From the NCBI RefSeq assembly GCF_006345805.1, contig NC_042999.1, forward strand, positions 30,194,001 through 30,258,000: a stretch of DNA of 64,000 bases, read 5' to 3'. Numbering within the stretch: the first letter of the stretch is position 1; every line of letters starts with the position of its first letter. Positions 54,277 through 64,000 of the stretch are shown in pieces. The notes under the pieces are model-generated. The model was not told the origin of the DNA. It saw only the letters and a list, made by a program, of their open reading frames with translations, and made no database searches. Source of the stretch: Octopus sinensis (taxonomy: Eukaryota). The translations under genes and the position numbers were made by a program.

Positions 54277-55558
54277 TCGGCTTTATCTAGATTATAATCA
54301 ATAATGTTGTAAATGTGGTCAATCTATGGATAAGGGCTATGGAAACAAAATAAAATATTTTGTGACCCTGTGCATTTTATATATGTGTGCGTGAGTGTGT
54401 GTATGTAGATATGTATATGTGTATATATGGATGTATATGGAGAGATCGATAGACATATGAATAGATACAGAGATAGAGAAAGAGAGAGTTGTATATGTAT
54501 ATAGATATTGAGTCACTAAATTTAAGTTACATTTGCTAATTTGCTGGCATTTATAGAAAAAATACTTAGATGAATAATAGTTTGAAAAATAAATATAATA
54601 TTTATTACAATTAGTAACATGTGACATTATGTCCTGGGCGGTGATTATTATATTTTTTTGGAAAAATCAATGAATATAGATTATTATCACTCAATCATCA
54701 GGTGTACGATTGTGATTAATGAATATAATTTTGGCATAGTGATTAATAGCAACCGATGTTAAAGAGTTTGGATCAGACAAAAGGGAAGGGGACTCAGTGG
54801 TATGTGCACCCCTCAAGAAAAGAAGTGGGCCATTCTAAATCCTGTCATTACGGCCTTTCCCCCTGGAATTGTATTCTCTCCTGATCATGTGCCCATCCTT
54901 CGATAAATTTTTGGAACCGCGCCTTAATAGGTAAATATTATTTCGCTACTACCAGTCTAGCAATCCTAAATAATTTTAGTGAAATGTATCTAATTTTGAA
55001 ATAAGACAAATCGGTTCGAAATAAGATTTAATATAAGAAATACCACAGTCGTAAATTTTCATTAAATTCATTATCAATAATAAAACAATGATTAATTAGC
55101 CCTCTCATAATGATATGTGAGGAAAACAAATTTATGAAATAATTATATATTTTAACAATTTTTTTGTTTCACTAATTAACTTCCCCACGAAATGTTTAGA
55201 TTTTCATGCAGCGTTATTACACTCAATGATAAATTTGAAACATTCTTTCCACCCGATGAATTGATAGTGTTTTTAAAATGATACACTAATGAAGAATTGA
55301 CATTCGTATCCTATTTAGAATTTCTTTTTTACGGATACAGCAATGTTTTAGCAGAGTAATGAAGACACAAATTTTGGACAACATAATGATTGTTTTATGA
55401 CATTGCTTAATAAACCATTATGAGAAACGCTGCAAACATACAGCTTTATCTCCCGGAATATCATTTGACAATGGAGAATTTCAATTTTTAATGACAGAGC
55501 GTAAACATATATAAATATGAGTGTGTGTGTGCGGGGGTAGATAACTCAATAGATAGAT

Positions 55559-55646
<88 letters not shown>

Positions 55647-55647
55647 T

Positions 55648-55681
<34 letters not shown>

Positions 55682-57089
55682 TGGCGGAGAGACAGAAAGG
55701 CAGGCAGATAGATAGATACATAAATATCAAGAGTGGAATTGAATAAATCTGAAATAATTAGACAACATTATTTATATGCTTTTAAGATTACTGTAGTATT
55801 CTAATTCCATTAATGTAATCGTACTTATTTATTCTCTAATGGAAATATACAAATAATTGTTGTAAAATAAATATTATTAGAGTTGTTTCAAAATTTAATG
55901 TGATCGTCCTGATCATTAATTATTCAGTAGATTTTAGGTACAATTATTATTTTAGTCCAGAAAATGTTTAAAACAATATTTGCTTTATTTTATTATAACA
56001 TACACACAATATTTATCTGTTACTATTTGAAGCTCATTTTCATTTAAAAATTGTGCAAATCACACTTTGGGAAATAGTTGAAAACTGTTTGGAAATATAG
56101 GAGTTGTTAAGTGTTTCAAAACATTAGGGCTAAATCCTATAGCCAATAACATTTCGTTGAAATTCTTATTTGCAAATTTTCTTCGATAAATATCGAAACA
56201 CTTAATAATATTTTTGAAACAAAGAAGTTAAATCTACATTAATTTTCCAGGGAAGGACGTGAAAATCGGATTATGTGTATACCTCTCAATTATGTAAATT
56301 ATTTATAACTGTCACTGATGCTGCCTTCAAAATATATCTACCTACACTTACGATATCCGCGAAATATGTATATCATTAATTTTGGTTGTTACTGCAAAAA
56401 TTCAACTATGGGTTTCCTCTCTTGCAAATTTCCTTTTGATATACGTTGATATTGGCGAGTAAAGCAAGATTTCGATACATAAAAATGTATCATGCGGCGG
56501 TAAATTGCAAGGTTGTATTGCAAAAATACACGTCAATGTAAGATGGAGATAAGGTCAGCTAGCAATATGTTAGTTCCATCTGAAAGGAACATGAAACTTC
56601 ATGTAAATTTTACAGTTCAATTCCAATGGAATTTCACATTAATTTTCCACATGTACTAATAGAGTGGCAAATAATATATACATGAGGCCCTGTGTTTGAG
56701 ACGTAATTCTACACTAAGAAAAATAATTTTAATTAATGAAATTCATCTCAATTATTAAATTCTTTCAATGAATGTATTCAATATTTGTATGCATGACTAA
56801 ATGTAGGTATGCATGTAGTCATTTGTGCATACATATATGTATGTGTGCTTGTATATGTGTGTGTTTACGTATATACAAGTATATTTATACATTTTCTTGA
56901 GTAGATGACAGATATATATTCTCTAATGTCTAGTCGAAACCCCCCGCACAAAGATGAGCAATTCAATGAATGTCATGCGTATATACTATTTTGGGAAAAG
57001 AGCGTTCGTGTATATTCCGTGAAATTTATTTTGGACTTTTACTGCTCCAGGATGTATCTACCTTTCTCACACACGCACTGCATCTCCCT

Positions 57090-57162
<73 letters not shown>

Positions 57163-57620
57163 CAGGGTGTGGTGCATATACTGACGTCGAAATATGGAAA
57201 ATATAAATAACGCTGACATCTTCTTTTAAAAGTTATATTTACTAAAATTATATAACAGTATCTTGAAATACTACGGAGTACATTTATTCAATAAAACCGC
57301 CATTGGCTTCAACCGCGGTCTGAAGTGAGAGAGAGAAAGCGTGAGTGAATGAGTGAGTGAGTGAGTAAATGATTGGTTAGTGAGTGAGTGAGTGACTGAC
57401 TGACAGATTGACTGAAAGACTGAGTGACTGAGAGAAAAGGAGAGAGAGATAGGGAGAGAAAAAAGATTGACAAAGAGGGATATGATAATGACGGCCACCT
57501 CACTTCCTTTATAAATAAATAAAGCTTGGGTTTCAAGAGTACTCAAAATAGACTTAAGAACTAATATTTTATAGTCGCACCTTAAGATTATCTGTAATGT
57601 TGTAACATCGTATATCCATA
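57163..57620 (-). mobile_element. Probable Tc1/mariner-superfamily 3' end remnant
   Basis: TA-CAGGGTGT terminus; near 57300 the minus strand reads FR.RL..ANGGFIE*, resembling Tc1-like C-termini. Interrupted by (GAGT)n. Confidence 0.4.
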
Positions 57621-58373
57621 GGTTTACCGAGTATATCATTATGGACTAAGCGAAATCCTGAAGCAAGCATATGCGTGTTAATATTTGATATGTTATAGGA
57701 CACTAGGATCCTGAAATATGAATACACAGATCCAGAATACCGAGAGCTGAGTAAAGAAGTGAGTGGCAAGAGAGAATAATCGGCCATTCAAACATTGTAG
57801 GTAGTGCAACTTTCTGCCACTGAGAATTAAACACCGTAAATGGTGTGCTCAACCGCGAAGCTGTAAATCGAAGGGAAGTTGAATAACATATTCCTTCTTC
57901 AACTCCTTTCAAACATACCGATTCTGCCGAGAATCAGAAAGTAGAAACCGGAATTCCTCATCAAGTAGACCAGAATCCAGTTTCAAAATTGACCATAGCA
58001 ATTCTTTGAAGTAGTTGGCAGTCTCCATAATAAGAAGAGAAGATTATGAAATTATATTTAGATTTTGTAGCGTTAGCTTTTCCACCGTTGATTCACACAT
58101 ATTTTAGATACTTCTCAGTCTCTCTCCCCTCCAAATCCCACACTGTCTGTCTGTGTCTCCCTGCTACATAAATTTTTGGGAGAATATCTTACATTTCTAT
58201 ACATTAATTTATCTTCAACTTAATTTATCTACACGCCAATTTATTATATTTCCCTGAAGTAATTCTTGTGCATTCATACTATTTATATTGCAAGAATTAG
58301 AATATCAAATTTACGGCAATACAGACGCCAACCGTATGTTTTTTACTCCCTGGATGTATTGATGTGTACGTAA

Positions 58374-59628
58374 TTAGGTTGGTAACTAATTTTCCGGTTT
58401 TTTTTTTTAATCTAAAGTTGTTTAAAGTTTTAATAAAAAATAACAACTAAGTAGTCAATAATGCATTCACCCTTGTTGTTTACCACTTCTTCACAACGTT
58501 CAACAAGATTTTCAATACCCCGTTTTTAGAAATCGCCCGATTTCGACTCTAAAAATTGATCCATCAAAGCTCTCAATTCTGCATCAGTACGAAAGTCTGC
58601 GCATAGCATTTGAAAGAGATCAAAAGAGGGGGAAATCCGTTGTTGCCAAATCAGGAGAGTACGGCATGTGTGGCAGCACTTCCCAGCCATGTGTTTGAAA
58701 GGCTTCTTGGTCATATTGGGCTTAGTGGCGCGGGCGTATCGTGCAGCAGAAAAGCGATCAGGTCTTTTCTCTTGAATAGACGTGTTGAATTAATCCATCT
58801 GTTGAACATAGTGTTTCGCGTTGACCGGTTTTGTTCCGTTCAAGCAATTCGTAATTGACATTCCCTTCCCAGTCCCACTATACGCACAACATCGTTTTAC
58901 GTACATGAAAATCTTGTTTCACGCGCAGAGTCGCTTGTTCAACAGGGCTAAGACATTACTTACTCTGTTTCATATTGATTTACAGGCACTATTTCTCGTC
59001 GCCAGTAACGATTCCGTAAAAAAATCGCTGTTTGTGCCATTGAGTTGAGCGGCGACGAGCAAGCAAACCAGCGGAGATTGTGGTTCGTTGATGATTTTTG
59101 TTGTATTTTAAAGCATGCGGATCCCATTCTCCATACTTCAGAACACTTCCCATCGAGTGAAGATGTTTCTCTATAGTGTGGGATCATTTCATTTTCTCTG
59201 CCAGTTCCCATGTTGTTTGACGTGAATTTTCGTGCAAACGTTTGTTTAATTACTCTTCATCGAACTCAAGTGGGTCGCCAGAACGAGGTGCGCCTTTGAG
59301 CTCAAAATTTCTATTTTTGAACTCTTTCAGCTATAGCTCCCTCTCCATACACATAGACAGCACAGATGTCGCGAGCAGCTTTTGGACCTTGGGTCCTTGA
59401 TTAAAAGCAAAAAGGAGGAGGTGTCGAAAATGCTCATTTTTCTCAGCGTGAAATTCCGTTTTAATTATCTGAAAATAAATGGAAATTAACTAAAATTAAC
59501 TGGAAGAAAAACAAAATAAATTCCAGTATGATTCAAAAGAGAATTCTCGAAAAAATAGATTCCAAAATTTAAAAACGCAATAAATACCAAAATTTAAAAG
59601 AACCGAGGGGAATCAGTTGTCAACCCAA
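58374..59628 (-). mobile_element. Full-length (~1.25 kb) mariner element with TIRs and pseudogenised transposase
   Basis: TIRs TTAGGTTGGTAACTAATTTCC / TTGGGTTGACAACTGATTCCC in TA context; EHFRHLL, APRSG.P, YGEWDPH, IVTGDEK, LPHMPYSPDLATTDF, GIENLVERCEEVVNNKG. Confidence 0.9.
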
Positions 59629-60779
59629 TATAAAAAGAAACTGGGCGACAACTTGAGAAATATGAAGGCGAGACAGTTCCATGACCAAACCTTTCCATCT
59701 GTACTCTTCTTACTAGCACTGTGTAAATAATTTATTAAAATATGTCTCTGAGTTGGGTGAAACAGCGTGAAGGAGACAGAAAAAACATTCTATTTTAATA
59801 AACATTATAATTGATTTCTGTGGTTTTATCAAAATGAAATATTCTGAAATTCTTATTTCACTATGAAATATTTTATATTCATAGACCTTTGTTTACATTT
59901 TTACATGTAAATGAAACATTTAATGCTATATTGCAAAAATGCCAATAATCTTGTACTTCTGGCATACTTATATCTATATAAGGAGTATTTATGGAAATGT
60001 ACATCGTACACTTTGTATATATGATATACGGTGTAGATGAATACAAGACGCAATATAAGATACCAGTGCCATCTGACATTATATGCTAGCATACTTTTCA
60101 TATTACAATAAGGGCTATATAGCATATATACCGACTGGGGCAATATTGTTCACATGTGTTTAGACACTCAAACATAATATCTTTGTCCGACATTTAAAAA
60201 TGAAATCCAAAACAAAATATTGATATAGAAGAATTTGGCATACATTTAATGAACCCCATATTAAGTTTATGAAGCCCAATATGTTTTTAAAGTTTGAATT
60301 TAAAACCCTATTAATTCTCGTGTACCAATATATTTTGCATTCAATAACTAGTAGATTTGACTTGGAAGATTTATGTACAGTACAACTTCACTGAAGAGTT
60401 TTACCAATATTAAAAAAAAAAGAAAGCCATAAAAAATTATTATTGATGAAATTACTATACAAAAATGCTCTAGAGTAAAAAAAAAAACTAGCTGAGCATT
60501 TAGAGGTGCTTTATCATTATAGAAAATACCCCAAAACATAGGGCAAGATTTGTAAACTGCATTACTGGAGAAGACATAACCCATATAAAGCGTGTATTGT
60601 TCCTGAAATATTCTTTATGCTATGAAAGGCAATATCAGAATAGCCAAGAATCTCCAAATTGTTCTCGTACTACCAGAATTTAGTTCAATTATATTGGAAC
60701 GTAATTAGCTATAGATATATTCAGTTAGATTTCGTGGTGCTCTACCATTCTATCGTTTGAAATATATCCAACGTAACCG

Positions 60780-61060
60780 ACGAAAAATCTAAACATTGTA
60801 TCAAGAAAGATATTATGACGTCACTAATGGTCTAATCCGCCAACGTCGGAGCTAACGCACTAATCTACACACAGAATTATCTCAGTTCTAACCAATTTAG
60901 CATTAATATTATAAATACACAATATTGCGCACAAACCCACATTCACGCACTTTCCGGCACAGCAATAGGGGAAATATCAACGCTCCAACGAAATGCGTTA
61001 AAAATACACACCACTCGAAAGAGAACGCTGGAAACCACATGCCTCGTCAATTACGCACCA
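60780..61060. promoter_or_regulatory. Possible promoter-like CpG-enriched patch
   Basis: TGACGTCA at 60816-60823, CCAAT near 60893, TTCCGG (ETS-like) near 60952, more CpG than the flanks. Motif presence only. Confidence 0.25.
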
Positions 61061-61337
61061 GAGAATATATAACTTGAAATCTTAAGAACCTCTCCTAAAG
61101 CAAATAACAGTTTTATTTTTAATTTAATCTCCAGCTGTTTCTACAAAATATGCAAATCGATGTCGACAATTGAAAACTATAATCTTCTCCAATAAACGCT
61201 AACACGAATTATTATACGAATAAAGTATCAAGATATGTGTGTATGTACAGTAAAAGTGTTCAAGCGGTATATATGCGTGTGTTTGTGTGTGTGTGCGACT
61301 ATACGCATATACACAACTTTAGATATATTTTTGTAAG

Positions 61338-61375
<38 letters not shown>

Positions 61376-61507
61376 ATATAAATAAATAAATAAATATATA
61401 TATATATTATATATATATATATATATATAATATATATATAAATATATATATATATATATGTATATATATAAATATATATATAAATATATATATCTTAAAA
61501 GAGAAAG

Positions 61508-61554
<47 letters not shown>

Positions 61555-61735
61555 AGAGTTTACGAAAAAACAAAAGACGAAGACAGGGGGTGTACAAAAC
61601 AAACAGATGCATTAGTATAACGCTCAGAAATTTAAAAGTCTTTTACGTTTCGAGCCTACGTTCTTCTACAGAACGGGAGACAGAAAAAAAGGAGAAAAGC
61701 AAGGAGAGAAAAATATGTGTTGTGGCTACCGATCT
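61555..61735 (-). mobile_element. Family Z element with a degenerate hammerhead-like motif (61639-61675)
   Basis: GGGAGAGTTTACGAAAAAACAAAAGACGAAGACAGG...GTCTTTTACGTTTCGAGCCTACGTTCTTCTACAGAA aligns to 24146-24340. Confidence 0.7.
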
Positions 61736-62661
61736 ATAGGTATACTTGGATAGTAGCATGTATTAAAAACTGAGGTATTGGACGCTGAGTATGTACATGT
61801 ATTTCACTACTGATGTATTTGCAAATATTAGCCTGTATATCCATTCGGAAGGTGTATTAATGTTAAATTTGTAGAAATTTACCGCTAAATTAGAGAAATC
61901 GTCTATCCTAAAAAAATAGCCTCACTTTAACAATATCAATCATTTTCTATTGGTCAATACAGTAAAATAGTTTTCTCTAATAATTAGTCGTATTTTTTTC
62001 TTATTGCAAATTAATCCATAAATAAACCATTTATGCTTGGAGTTAATGATTGAATCGCACCTCACTTATACGCACAAACTCCTGAGTAAATTATATGATA
62101 ACCCGTACATATTCAAATTTTTTTTAAAATAATTCTGGCGCATGATTCACGCGTAGTGTAGCACAACCTTAAATAAACTGCAAGTGATTCTTCTATGCAC
62201 GGCATTCCTCCAGCATGAATTTTAAGATTATGTTGTGGAATAAAAAATATTTAAATATATGCAGATAAACAAATATAAATTTATAGACATCCAGGATGAT
62301 GTGAAAATGAATATATGTATGGTGAGGAGATAAAATTTTAGACGTTAATGACTTTCTGTTCAAGAAAAGAAAATATATATCTGACAAAATTAAATGATGT
62401 AGAAAAAGTAAACTTCTATTTCAAATTCATACGAATAATTATTGGTGAATCGGCGAAAGTGAAGATCTGTCAATCATCAATATTTATAGTTATGTTTACT
62501 GCATCAAATCGAATATACCAAAAATCTATGAAATTAGGACAAATAAGATTATCATTAAATCTATATTTAGAAATGGTTTAAATATTTTGCGTGTTTTATA
62601 TTTTATATTTATGGCGAAACTTCACACATACTCACACGCAAGAAAATATACAAGTAAATAA

Positions 62662-62716
<55 letters not shown>

Positions 62717-63019
62717 TATATATATATATATATATACGTGTGTGTGTGTGTGTCTGTTTGTGTGTGAGTGTGTGTCCAGACATAATGGTAATATAGGTGG
62801 GGTGATGGAAGTTGCAATTAATATAATGCATTTGTGTAACATTGGTTTAACATTGTGCCCAAAAAATATATTAAGTGAGCATGGCGAAAAAATCTTTAAT
62901 TAAGGAATTAACACTAGTCATATGAATAAGCAACTAATATTAATCATATTATCTATTAACTATAAGGATAAATGCAGCATAAATATATGATAGATAAATT
63001 ACAATAGCAAGAGCCGCGA

Positions 63020-63036
63020 GGATGAGGGTGATGACG

Positions 63037-63067
<31 letters not shown>

Positions 63068-63620
63068 CGATGATGATAATGATGATGATTATGATGATGA
63101 TGATGATGATGATGACGATGATGATGACGATGATTGTGGTGGTGGTGGTGGTGGTGATTGTGATGATTGTGATGATGACGACGACGGCGATGATGATGAG
63201 CATTGGAAAATGGGGACGATAAAGAGGAAGAAGAAGAAGAGGAGGAAGAGGAAGAAGAAGAAGAGGAGGGAGAGAAGAAGAAGAAGAAGAAGAAGAAGAA
63301 GCGAAGAAGAAGAAGAAGAAAGCGGAGAAAAGAAGAAGAAGAAAAAGAAAAAAAGAAGAAGAAGGAGGAGGAGGTTAGGAAAGAAGAAGAAGAAGAAAAA
63401 GAAAAGGAAGAGGAATAAGGAGGAGGAGTAGGAAAGAAAAGAAAAAGAAGAAGAAGGAGGAGGAGGTTAGGAAAGAAGAAGAAGAAGAAAAAGAAAAGGA
63501 AGAGGAATAAGGAGGAGGAGTAGGAAAGGAAAGAAAAAGAAGAAGAAGAAGAAGAAGAAGAAGAAGAAGAAGAAGAAGAAGAAGAAGAAGAAGAAGAAGA
63601 AGAAGAAGAAGAAGAAGAAC
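63020..63620. repeat. Compound (GAT)n/(GGT)n then polypurine (GAA/GAG)n microsatellite with an internal 92-bp duplication
   Basis: GTTAGG landmarks at 63374 and 63466. Confidence 0.9.
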
Positions 63621-64000
63621 TAGAGCAAATCAACCAATAACGAAGGTAAGCAAAAATAAAAAAAAAGTAAAAGTAACTCTCAATAATACATAGATACCGA
63701 AATGCCTAAGAAGGGAAATATTTGACTGGTAAATAAGTAATGTTCTTTACAGCAGAGTTGTAGGACCGATGTTCATTTATTGATTGTTTGAAAGATTTAT
63801 TTTCTCAATACAACCGGATTTATCCAATATCCATCAATTATAATCCTATACAATGAAAGTGAATGAATTACTAAGAGATAGAAGAAGGAAATAAAGAAAT
63901 ATAGTCTGAACTCTTTCGATATATTTTGAATACATTCGTTCTTTAACATTGGTTGCTTTGGTATACGTCTACTTTGACGGTGAATAGCTACCACAATAAC

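Noticed and set aside
62956-63633. 225-aa ORF and poly-Glu/Lys/Ser/His ORFs
   Set aside because: Pure microsatellite translation.

Overview
AT-rich, microsatellite-dense eukaryotic DNA. The SINE and repeat content looks like a coleoid cephalopod (octopus) genome; this is recognised from memory, not by a search. No host protein-coding gene could be confidently identified, only a few weak exon candidates on the minus strand. The window is dominated by retroelements. There are at least three types of Penelope-like element (PLE; RT + GIY-YIG), including an uninterrupted ~490-codon RT frame at the left edge that the ORF track missed and a ~6 kb palindromic PLE pair with a young CR1 LINE in one arm. 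Also present are R4/Dong, RTE and CR1 LINE remnants, several tRNA-derived SINEs and three mariner elements. The most notable signal is a dense set of about a dozen minimal type I hammerhead-ribozyme-like motifs in several repeat families. One sits in the tail of a tRNA-headed SINE, and that tail lies directly 5' of a PLE ORF (with an inverted tRNA head beside it) at two independent loci, suggesting a PLE-mobilised, ribozyme-carrying SINE/pseudo-LTR system. Local inverted repeat pairs are unusually frequent.
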